Origin: Azolla caroliniana
Taxonomy: Eukaryota > Plantae > Polypodiophyta
Length of the DNA: 64,000 bases
Assembly (NCBI GenBank): GCA_043228905.1
Contig: JBHGNT010000008.1
Span: 12,896,001-12,960,000 of the forward strand
Direction of reading: 5' to 3'
In this document: piece by piece, positions 49,712 through 60,749 of the stretch
Layout of the letters: every line of letters starts with the position of its first letter
Numbering within the stretch: the first letter of the stretch is position 1
The notes under the pieces: model-generated
Told to the model about the DNA's origin: nothing
The model's input: only the letters and a program-made list of their open reading frames with translations
The model's database searches: none
Made by a program: the position numbers and the translations under genes

Positions 49712-52105
49712 TGAGAGACATGAACCCGTAACCTCACACACCAAGGACGAAGCATATACCATTTGCATAAAGTTATTTTCTATAGTTATATTTTTATCAC
49801 CATACTTATGACATGTGTGTCTTCATACATTAGAGCTTTAGATGAGCATGATGGCTATCATGCATCACATGTAAAGCATGTGCACCAAATGGTGATCATG
49901 CATCACATGCATTACATGCATGCCATGGACCCCATATCATCATATGCATGAGAGAACCTATAAAGAGAGGCAAGGAATTAAGGGATGAATCAAGGGAAAA
50001 CAGGGTAATCAATCAATCAAGAGAAAGTTAGAATATAATTAATGAAATAAACAAGTTAGCTTGTTGGTGAAGAGGCTCGTGTTTCCAAGTTAGAGTCAAG
50101 GGTTCGAATCAAGAGTCGGTAGAGAAAGGGTTCATGTTGCTATCAAGCATTGTAAAGTTGGTAAAATCTTGTATTCGTAATATACATCATGTTCATATCA
50201 TATACTTTTTTTTTCTTAAATCATACTTTGTCTCGATCTTGTTTCTTGATACATACATTGTCTTTATCCTAAATATCTATACTCGTCTCTCTCTCTCACA
50301 CATTACTTTAAACTCTTATTCTTCTTATCATTAATCTTCCTAACATTTGTGCGCAAGCCTTATAAAATTTCCTTCAACTCCCCTTAACCTTAGTCCCTAC
50401 GACTTCGCCACACGAACCACAACTTACCCCGACACATTTGGTGAACCCGACGTGAAGGCGGAGACGAGGAGAAATGGAGGAGCAAATGAGGCTTATGTGT
50501 ACGATGATGGAACGAGTGATGCGGGAACAAGGAATGATGGCAAGCATCGATAAAGTCGTCGACAATATTTTGGCACGAGTAGGAATCTTCAAAGATATAA
50601 ATTTAACAAGATTTCCAAAGATTTATAATGAAGAAATGCTTAAACACGGTGTCGACGAAGCTGCAAAAATTAATAGCTTTAGTCGAGTCGCTGTGATTGG
50701 GCTACAAGAGAGGATCCAAGAGCTCCAGAGGGAACATCAGACATGGGCAACTTTCGAAAGAGCATTGCTAAATGAATACAACCTCAACGATATGTCAAGG
50801 ATGACAAGGCGAGCTTTCATGAATTGGGTAGAGTCTAATAAACATTTAAGTGTTTTGGAAGTATTAAAAGAGTTTTCTAAAAGATTTGAGCAATTAAATG
50901 TTAGAGATAGAAATATAATAATGCCAGATAAAGTAATATTGTTTCTACAAGCTACTAATATTAAAGACATGAAAGATTTAGGAATGCTTCTGCAAGATCA
51001 GAATAGTCCTAATGGACTTACCGAAGATTGGGAGGAGGTGAAAAGGGCTTGCACCCATTTTTGTAAAAGAAAGTTATGGTTTATGAAGCTACTGGAGAAG
51101 AAGGGAGACGAAACAGGGAACAACTCGGGAGAGAAGAAAATAGAAGATTCATTCTTGCATGAATTGGTGAAAGGTATGAAAGACTTGTCGATCAAAGTGA
51201 CGAAGCTAGAATCGAGACAAAGCTCGACTTCATCAAGGCAAGGAGGTGGAATGGTCCGAAGGTGTATGTGGTGTGATAGTGTTGACCATCAAAAGAAAGA
51301 CTGTCAAGGACATAGGGATTCCCTTAATGATGATAAAATCTATTATCAAGATGGAAAGATTCACTTGACAAAGACTCAACAACCAATCCAACTCAACTTC
51401 GGGAAAGGTGGAATGAAAAAGCTAATGGAAGATGCCGAGAGAGAAACGACTCAAGCGATATAATCCGTGACAACCTTAGGGTTGCGTGTAGAAGACTCAT
51501 ATGGTGGATTTGAATTTTGGTAGGGTGTGATGGAGTATGCAAGAAAAGGGAAGGTTCGAGTGGATGAATTAAAAAGAGCGGGAGATGAAATGTGACACTT
51601 CACTGGATGGAATGATTCAATAGATGCACTATCAGCTTTCGCCCAAGTGAATGCACAAGATGTACTAGTGGAAGAGAAGCGAAAGAGAGTTGAGGAGGTT
51701 AATCTGGCAAAAAGGCATGAGACACAAGAACAAGAGAGAAGAGAGATGGAAAAGGATGCTCCTGAGTCAAAAGAAGCTAATAAAGTCAAAGGGAAGACAG
51801 ACCCAGCTTTTAAACTTGCTTCGGACATAGAAGCCACAACGGATATAAAACATGTCATGGAAGGAGTTACACGAGAGTGTGCAGCAACAAGTCTCCAAGA
51901 TTTGGATCATGAATCCATGAATGTTGCAAGTATAAAGAAGATAAATGATGTTGGCATTCATGAAGGGGATAGGAATCATTATACAAAGAACCATTGGGCT
52001 CAAGCAACAACTGAGGCGCCTACAAAAATTACGGAGCAATAGATTCCTTGTATTTCTTTGATGGATCATGGATCAGAAATTAACATGATGTTGTCGGAAT
52101 GTTGT
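49712..52105 (+). mobile_element. Gypsy non-chromovirus L (tRNA-Trp PBS): 5' LTR, gag and the start of protease; truncated
   Basis: LTR 49712-50434; PBS TGGTGAACCCGACGTGAA at 50439-50456; LMDHGSEINMM at ~52056; gag homologous to that of K. Confidence 0.85.
50474..51463 (+). CDS. gag: Gag of element L
   Basis: 329-aa ORF with a CMWCDSVDHQKKDC zinc knuckle; aligns with K gag (TWATFERALLNEY vs TWAEFEKALLAEY). Confidence 0.85.
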   Translation: MEEQMRLMCTMMERVMREQGMMASIDKVVDNILARVGIFKDINLTRFPKIYNEEMLKHGVDEAAKINSFSRVAVIGLQERIQELQREHQTWATFERALLNEYNLNDMSRMTRRAFMNWVESNKHLSVLEVLKEFSKRFEQLNVRDRNIIMPDKVILFLQATNIKDMKDLGMLLQDQNSPNGLTEDWEEVKRACTHFCKRKLWFMKLLEKKGDETGNNSGEKKIEDSFLHELVKGMKDLSIKVTKLESRQSSTSSRQGGGMVRRCMWCDSVDHQKKDCQGHRDSLNDDKIYYQDGKIHLTKTQQPIQLNFGKGGMKKLMEDAERETTQAI

Positions 52106-52474
52106 GGGGTGAAAGCATGCAAGTGGAAACAATTAGCTATGTCCTTGACATAGCTAATTAGCTATGCAAAAAGCTACCATTGATAAATAGTCATTTTAGT
52201 AAAAAGCCATCATTAATAAATTAACTATGCAAAAAACTACCATTGAAAATACTAGAGTGTTTTAATTACATATGTAAATGAGTGCCATAAATGTGCAACA
52301 TAAACGTGCAACATAAATTGATATGTGCACCATAAATGTGTACCATAAATTATATATCGAATTCCTAGGTCCATTATGCATGATCCTTTGCCACATCACG
52401 TAGGCCATCTCTAGTTGAGTATTGTGGGTTAGTTGCTACCAGTGTTGCTAAACCCTATCGAGTCCACCTACCGC

Positions 52475-52985
52475 CACTCTACACTCAGGGGCCGCTACTA
52501 TGCATTCCAAGCATCATCAAAGAGCTGCTCAATCTGACGGGGTTCTCTTCTCTGTGACACTCTACACTCAGGGCCGCTACTGTGCGTTCCAAGCATCATC
52601 AAAGAGCTGTTCAATTTGAAGCGGTTCTCTTCTCTGTGCCACTCTACACTCAGGGGCCACTACTGTGCATTCCAAGCATCATCGGTAACTGTTCAATCTG
52701 ACGGGGTTCTCTTCTTTGTGCCACTCTACTCTCAGGTGCCTTCTCTGTGCGTTCCAAGCATCATCGGTAACTATTCAATCTGACGGGGTTCTCTCCTCCA
52801 TTGCCATCATTCTACACTCAGTTGCCGCTACTGTCCAGTTCTGGATTGCTTCCACATTTCGATTTGACGGAGTTCACTCATCCAACGGCAACATTCTACA
52901 CTCAGTTGTCGCCATTGGTCGGTCCTGGATCGCCTCCTCAACTGTTCGATCCAACGGAGTGAACTCCTCTATTGTTCAGTCTTGG
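52475..52985. repeat. About 6 x 82-86-bp tandem repeat upstream of the transposase
   Basis: CACTCTACACTCAG-like starts at 52475, 52558, 52640, 52722, 52808 and 52892; units become more diverged towards the 3' end. Confidence 0.9.
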
Positions 52986-53127
52986 ATTGAAATAACTTTT
53001 CTGTCTATTGATTATCTTGTGTATTGTTGTGTCTAATCTTGTGTATTGTGGAATATTTTTCTGTATTGTTGTTGCCCATAACCATCTTAAATACTTGTTT
53101 TTTTTTTTGGAAATTTAGGGTTTTAAT

Positions 53128-55409
53128 ATGTCCAGCCAAATGGAAGGGGAAGAAGGGTGTTTAGAATTACCCCTCAATGATCATAAGGATAGGGATGATG
53201 CTATCAGGACACAACAAGCCATACGAAACTATTGGGAAAAAAAAAGGAAACATCGTCAATTGTTGAAGGATACGAAAGCCACACTGAGTAAAGGTAAGGA
53301 TAGTTTAGCTGAGAATGTAAGTAATGCGACTACCATCATAGAGAGAAAGGTTGTAGACTGTTTCAATGCTCAAACCAAGCACATCAGCAATGAAGAAAAG
53401 AAGGTAGTACTTTATGGAATATGTAATGATCCATCGATAAAGGACTTAGTTGATTGTGATGGTCTTAATGCAAACATATCATCTATTTTAGTAAATAATC
53501 TTCATAATAGTTTCGTATCCATGAGTAGGTCAAAAGATGATCTTGTCTTAAAAAGGTCTAGTCTAATGATGTTACTTAATAGTGATGTTGACGATATAAA
53601 CATCAGTGAGCTATCTAAGGTAATTGGTGTTAGTAGAAAAACAGTGTACAATACAATGAACCGTATAATTTCCTCGGGTGAAGGAACTAGTCTACTAAAG
53701 CTAACTACAAGATGTAAGCCAATGACACCCATAACATTTGAAATCAAGGATGTAATCACAATGTTTTGGACTAATGAGAGTAGGGTTTCACCCAATAAAA
53801 AGGATTTATGCAGGAAACGTGTTGGAAGAAATCAATACGAGGAGCATCCCATTCATCTTCTTGATGTACCTCAGGTATTTACATTTATCTCAACATTTGT
53901 TTTGACTCTACACGGAAAGTTAATTAGCTCAGTTAGCAGGAAAGCTAATTAGCTTATCAGTTACATTTACCTCAGTTAGCTACTAGGATAGCTACTACAT
54001 AGGTAACTGGCCACTCTCAATAGCTACTACCATGATAGCTAATTAGCTATTCTCAATAGCTAATTTAGGTACTACCAGATAATTAGCTGTCTTGGTAGCT
54101 AGTTAGCTATTTCATTATTACCAGCTAATTAGCTACTAGGAAAGCTAATTAGCTACCATGATAGCTAATTAGCTTACTAGGACAACTAATTAGCCACCAT
54201 GATAGCTAATTAGCTACTAGACCAGCTAATTAGCTACCATGATAGCTAATTAGTTACTAGGAAAGCTAATTAGCTACCATGATAGCTAATTAGCTACTAG
54301 GACAGCTAATTAACCACCATGATAGCTAATTAGCTACTAGACCAGCTAATTAGCTACCATGATAGCTAATTAGTCACTAGACCAGCTAATTAGCTACCAT
54401 GATAGCTAATTAGCTACTAGGACAACTAATTAGCCACCATGATAGCTAATTAGCTACTAGGACAGCTAATTAGCCACCATGATAGCTAATTAGCTACTAG
54501 ACCAGCTAATTAGCCACCATGATAGCTAATTAGCCACCATGATAGCTAATTAGCTACTAGACTAGCTAATTAGCCACCATGATAGCTAATTAGCTACTAG
54601 AACAACTAATTAGCTACTAGGACAGGTAATTAGCTACCATGATAGCTAATTAGCTACTAGGACAACTAATTAGCTACTAGGACAACTAATTAGCTACCAT
54701 GATAGCTAATTAGCTACAAGAATAGCTAATAAGCTACTAAAATTGCGGCCAACCTACTAGAATAGCTAATTAGCTGCTAGAATAGTTAATTAGCTACTAG
54801 GATAGTTAGCTAGTTACGAGAATAACTAATTCCCCTTTATTACGCAGGTCGATTTATTTATTAGGTTCAAACGAATGCATCCAACTATCAAAGTTCAACT
54901 ACGAACATTCGAGTCTCTTGAGCCACACTTTGTGAGACGCTTAAAGGATCGATACACATGTTGTTGCATTTACCATGTATACATGGGTTTTCTGAAGGAC
55001 TCTGTTAATCTACTACGTCACCATAGCGCATCCCTAACTAATACAGTTTGCACATGTGGGTGCCCAATCTGTCGATCAAGCCCGCAAGAGGAGTGTAAAT
55101 CATCTGAGCACGTTATCTCCTCCATGAGTTATTTATTAGATTCAATATTGTGTCCGAGAGAAACTAACGCTATCTTCCATATTCATAAATGTGTCATGGG
55201 TTTATGTCAAGATTGTGGCCCTACTAGATTTAGGTGGTGTCCAAATGAATTGAGTAGTGAAATATTGATCTCTGTGAAGTTCTTTGAGTCAGTGAACACC
55301 AATTTCGAAGGAAAGGTGTGTAAAAGAAAGGATCTAGTTCGGAAGATGCTTAAACCAAGGGATTTGGTGTCTCTGTTTGTAGTATCTCTAGGAAAGTTCA
55401 TTAAACACA
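53128..55409 (+). CDS. Sola2-like transposase N-terminal part; exons 53128-53874 and 54848-~55409; phase-0 intron 53875-54847
   Basis: CAG|GTATTT donor and GCAG|GTC acceptor give the in-frame join LDVPQ|VDLFIRFKRMHP; HTH-like ISELSKVIGVSRKTVY; RYTCCCIYH, CTCGCPIC, CVMGLCQDCG and FIKH motifs. Confidence 0.7.
53920..54835. repeat. Intronic minisatellite of the palindrome TAGCTAATTAGCTA (~20-21-bp units, ~41-bp dimer)
   Basis: Dozens of copies alternating CCATGA and CTAG(G/A)xC spacers. Confidence 0.95.
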
Positions 55410-58400
55410 TAATAGGACTTAAAGAGCCGAAACCACATATGTGGGCACCGAAACATAGTTTATTGTTAACATTTTTTTTCGTGTATAAACTATTCATGAC
55501 GCGAACATACATGGTTGAGCCTCAGGGAGCCACCATGGAAAAATCGATATAGAGATCAGGGAAAGACATTTATTTGTCACCCCCATGGTTTTTAAAACAC
55601 CTTTGTGTTACCATAGTAACCTGATCTTGAACCTCATCTCATACGTCTAGAGGGGTATTGACGTGAGATAATGATATCGATTAATGCTCGCCCATGATAG
55701 GTTTACATCACGACATGATGTTATGACTATCTCTCTGACCTTATCCTCTTTCTTTTCCAGAAATAATCATTTAATGACTAAAAATAATGACCTGATCTTG
55801 AACCACTCAAGCGGAAGGAACTCAAAGGAATCCTCCTAGACAAATGTCCATTGAGATGTATTTTTCGCAAATAACCCAATACCTTAGTTTCACCGCTCAA
55901 CAGATGACCGAACTTCGGCAATCTCAAAGTGCTCTCAAGGCACGTGTCATTAGTCTATAACGTGAGACTAATAGACCTTATGAGCGACAGGGTGAACCAT
56001 CTTTTATCGTTAAGCCATTTACGGGAGACAAAAAGGAAAGAACCGAAGAAGCAATCTGCACGTGGTTGGGCCGATGGGAGTCTCATTTTGAGCTCTATCC
56101 CACGCTAGATAGTACGAAGATTGCATATGTCGGCCGAGAACTAGGGGGTAAGGCCGCCACCTGGTGGCGTGGGCTCCGTACATTGGGGAAATTGCCCAAT
56201 ACCTGGACAGATTTTGTCATAGTTTTCAAGGGCCAATTTCTACAACCTCCCTCTCGAACCGAGGCAACACAAGCTTTAATGAACCTCTCTAGTCGGAAAT
56301 TTTCCTCACTAGAAGATTATGTCCACCATGCTAGAACCCAAATCCAAAAGTCAGGTCTAGAAGGGGACAATTGGTTAATAGCTTGTTTTGTCAATGGCAA
56401 CCCCAATTCGGACTATCATTGGATAGTGCACAATAAGGATCCAAAATCCTTCGAAGAGGCCGTTGAAATAGTTCTTCACTATCAACGCACTTCGAAGAAG
56501 GACCACAATAAACCCAACGAAGTGCCCGGGACTAAGCAGTCGCAATTCGCTGGGAAACGTAAGACACCCAACGAATTCATGGATTGTGATTGTAAGCGAC
56601 AACATCCTTTTTGCGTATTCTGCAAAAAGAAGGGTAATACAAAATATCAATGTCGAAAGCTCCAACGGAAAGAGCACGACAACAAAACTAAAGTTGCAGA
56701 CCATAAAGGCCAGATTCCTAATGTCCTTCAGGTCTATACACATCATTTAAGTAATTGTCAATGTCCTTTCCCTCACTATGTATTGGGTTCCAATGATTTA
56801 CTACGTGCAAACGGGTATATCAATGGATCTCCCGTACAATTTTTATTTGATTCGGGAAGCTCACACAATTTTGTGAATGATCGTTTGGTTCAAATATGGG
56901 GAATCCAACCCACTGTAAGTGATCACACCTACACGGTGCACTTGGCTGATGGAAGAGTACAATACATCAACGGGGCGATTCATTCATTAGGAATTTCTAT
57001 TGATACTTATATAGAGGAAGTAGACTTCCATGTAATGAATCTTTGTACCACCGATGTAATATTGGGTTATCCCTAGTTTTATAATAAAAGCTCTTCTTTA
57101 TCTATTGATTGGGCTCATCATTCAATTACATTTGTACTAAACGATTGTACTCATTTTATTCAATGTGTAAAAAAACAATCCCTCTCAATTGTTTCCTCGT
57201 GTCAATCAATATCCGAGTTGTCTTGTTCTACTCTATTTTATTGTGTACTTGATCCGGACATTCACGTTTACAATATCGATAATGTCTCGGTTCAATTAAC
57301 ATATTTTGAACAACAACAACTTGATGAAATCTTAAATGATTTTCGTGATGTTTTTCCGAGTGAATTACCAGATGGTTTACCTCCTAAACGTAATATAGAC
57401 CATCGTATAGATATTGTACATGGTGTTGCACCAATAAGTATACCTCCTTATCGCTTAAGTCTATCCGAAGAGGATGAGGTATCTAAGCAACTCAAGGACT
57501 ATTTACGAATGGGTTATATACGTTATAGTAAATCTCCATGGGGTGCACCAGTTCTCTTGGTTAAAAAGAAAGAGGGCACATGGCGTATGTGTATTATTTA
57601 CCGACGCTTGAATAAAGTGACGATCAAGAATTCGTATCCATTGCCCTGGGTTAACGATCTAATTGACCATCTCCAGGGAGCTCGGTATTTTACGAAACTT
57701 GATCTCCATACTGGCTACCATCAAATTCGTATAAGTGAGGACGATGTTCCTAAACCGGCATTTCGTACGTGCTATGGCCATTATGAGTTTTTGGTTATGC
57801 CTTTTGGTTTGACCAATGCTCCGGCTACATTTCAACAAGAAATGAATGACATTTTCCGAGAACAACTTGGAAATTTTGTCATTATTTTCTTGGATGATAT
57901 TTTAGTTTATAGTCGTACATTACAAGAACATGTTAAACATGTCCGCTTTGTTTTACAAACATTGCGTGACAAACAATTTTATGCGAAGATCTCAAAATGT
58001 GAGTTCTTCAAGAAATCAATTACTTATCTTGGACATCTCATAACCGAACGAGGAGTTGAAATTGATCCTTCTCACATAAAGAAAATCAAGCTTTGGCCCA
58101 CTCTTCGGAATATTCGAGAAGTTCGATCATTCCTTGGTTTTGTCGGGTTTTTGCGAAAATCCCTTCGTAATTACTCCCAATTGACGACGCCGTTTATTGA
58201 TCTTCTAAAAGGTCAAACGCGTTAGTCTACAAAACCTATTGTGTGGAATGCTACACTAGACCTCGATTTTAAGGAACTCAAGGACCTGGTATACAAGGCT
58301 CCTTCACTTCTTTTACCCGATCCTTCAAAACCTTTTGAGGTTGAAACCGATGCAAGCGATTATGCTATAGGTGTTGTCTTATATCAAGATGGTAAACCAA

Positions 58401-60679
58401 TAGCATTCGAGAGTAAGAAACTTGATTCTACTCAATGTTGGTATACCGTTCAAGAAAAGGAATTATTTGCAGTTATACATGCGCTCAAACATGGCACCAT
58501 TATCTTTATGGAAATCGCTTCGTGGTAACTACGGACCACGAGTCCTTGAAATATTTTTGTGACCAACAAGACCTGAAAGGTCGTAAGGCACGATGGGCTG
58601 ATCTCATCCAGGACTTTGATTTTTCCATATGATATCGTAAAGGTTCCATGAATACTGTCGTTGATGCACTAAGTCGCATCCGTGAAGTTAGCATGCTTAG
58701 CTTCACTGAAATAACATCCGATCTTTATGATCACCTTCGAGGAAAGTATCTTGATGACAGTTATTTCGCAAAATATTGGGCAAGAGTTGAGTCTGGAATA
58801 GACACCACCACATCCTCGAAGGAATACTTCCACATTGCTAATGGTCTGCTCTACCGTAATGGGAAGGTTTGTATTCCAGATTTACCCGAGGTCAAAAAGA
58901 GGATTCTTTTTTAATGCCATGACGCACCCTCAACAGGGCACCCTGGAATACATCGTACACTCATTCTCATCTCCACTCAAATTTATTGGCCTAAGATGCG
59001 TCCTGACATACATAGTTATGTGACTAAATGTCACCAATGTCAGGTTAACAAAGTCGAGCGACTTAAAGCCGCTGGACTTTTAAATCCCTTGGACATTCCC
59101 AATAATAAGTGGGAAAGTATATCCATGGATTTTATTGTTAGCCTTCCTCGCACCCAAAAAGGCCATGATGCCATCTGGGTTGTGGTTGATAGACTAACTA
59201 AAATGGCCAGATTTATTGCTACTAAAACCACGGTAACAGCTCCTGAATTGGCTTACCAATTCATTGACGAGTTATTTCGTTTTTATGGCTTACCGATGGA
59301 TATCATGAGTGATCGAGATCCAAAATTTACTAGTGACTTCTGGACGCAAGTCTTTAAGAAGTTAGAAACTATGTTAAGCATGAGCTCCACGGATCATCCT
59401 CAATCCGATGGACAGACAGAACGAGTAAATCAAATTATTGAGGACATGCTTCGAGCATATGTTGGTACAAAACCAACAAAATGGGAACGTTATCTCCCAA
59501 TTTTGGAGTTTGCTTATAACAGCTCCAAGCATACGTCGACGGGATATAGTCCTTTTATGTTGATGTATGGTTTTCAGCCACGAGCCCCGATTGATGTTAC
59601 TATACATCATGATGAGTTGCAAAGTACGCAAAACTTTCTTCAGGATATGCAAGATATGTTGCATATTGCACGAGATAATATAAAAACAGCTCAAGATAGA
59701 GCCTGTTTTTATGCCGATCATCATAGGCAACCTCGTGTACTCAACCCTGGACAAAAGGTATTTTTACGTGTACCTCACAATTCTAAGACATTGTCTACGG
59801 GTAAGTGCGCTAAGTTAGCCCCACAGTTTGGTGGACCTTTTACAGTCCTCAAACGCATTGGGTCATCAGCCTATCGTCTCGCTCTTCCCGATGGTGTTGG
59901 AATTCATCCAGTCTTTCATGTGAATCATCTAAAAGAACTTCTAGGTTTTGGCAACAATACAGTTACAACTGAAAATCTGGTTACTTATGAAGAATTATCT
60001 TCTAAACCACATGTACCAGAAAGAATTCTCAATGTTAAAACAAAAAAATTACGTACTAAAGAAATCCGAGAATTTAAAATAAAATGGATGGATAAATCAA
60101 TAAAAGATGCCACCTGGGAATGCGAAAATACTCTCAGAACTAACTTCCCTAACTTTCCATTGCAAGAGTGCAATGTTTTAAAGAGGGGGAGTATGTTACG
60201 GGCATGACCATATAATATCCCGTGGTGAGAATTTACCGTAGTATTCTGTACACGTGGATAAGTGTGATGGTTAAACGAGAGTGTAAAGAAGGGGAGGATT
60301 ACTTTTAAATCCTCGGAATTGAGACAACCCATTAGGCCAAGTTTGAACTTGCCTGGGGGCCTTGGGTATCGCTATAAATAAGAGGCCTAGCTACCCTCAT
60401 TTGACTATCTTGTTGACTACGTCGAGACTCTGTCTTGTGGTGGGTCAACTTTTGTAGCGAGCGCGCCAGCACCAGGTACGACTCGACGCCACAACGGTGG
60501 TATGGGGCGCCGATCGAGGCTTGAGTCCGTCTCGATCCCTTCGCTCGGGGGTGGTCGGGTGGATCGGCACCCTTCTTTCTCTCTCTCCTTTCTTTCTATC
60601 TACCTAGATCTATCCTTATCTAATGCTTCCTTTACTACATGTCTCTAATAAAACCTCTCGGCCTGGACAACATGCAACA
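55410..60679 (+). mobile_element. Gypsy chromovirus M: gag-PR-RT-RH-INT-chromodomain and 3' LTR; 5' LTR absent
   Basis: AATWW gag motif, [51 protein letters not shown]; PPT 60181-60193; LTR 60194-~60679. Confidence 0.92.
58996..60207 (+). CDS. pol: Integrase core plus chromodomain of element M
   Basis: SMDFIVSLP, VVDRLTK, SDRDPKF, HPVFHV and ERILNVK...FKIKWMDKSIKDATWE. Confidence 0.92.
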   Translation: MRPDIHSYVTKCHQCQVNKVERLKAAGLLNPLDIPNNKWESISMDFIVSLPRTQKGHDAIWVVVDRLTKMARFIATKTTVTAPELAYQFIDELFRFYGLPMDIMSDRDPKFTSDFWTQVFKKLETMLSMSSTDHPQSDGQTERVNQIIEDMLRAYVGTKPTKWERYLPILEFAYNSSKHTSTGYSPFMLMYGFQPRAPIDVTIHHDELQSTQNFLQDMQDMLHIARDNIKTAQDRACFYADHHRQPRVLNPGQKVFLRVPHNSKTLSTGKCAKLAPQFGGPFTVLKRIGSSAYRLALPDGVGIHPVFHVNHLKELLGFGNNTVTTENLVTYEELSSKPHVPERILNVKTKKLRTKEIREFKIKWMDKSIKDATWECENTLRTNFPNFPLQECNVLKRGSMLRA

Positions 60680-60749
60680 ATTTTCGGGCTTGCTTGGTCT
60701 CTAGCACTTGGATATGCTAAACTCTAGGGGGACATGTGAAGCAGGAAAG

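Larger units (their letters stand above)
52106..55409 (+). mobile_element. Left part of a DNA transposon with a Sola2-like transposase; left terminus approximate; truncated by chromovirus M
   Basis: Begins where the L protease stops (GGGGTG...); contains a spliced Cys-rich transposase-like gene. Confidence 0.55.
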
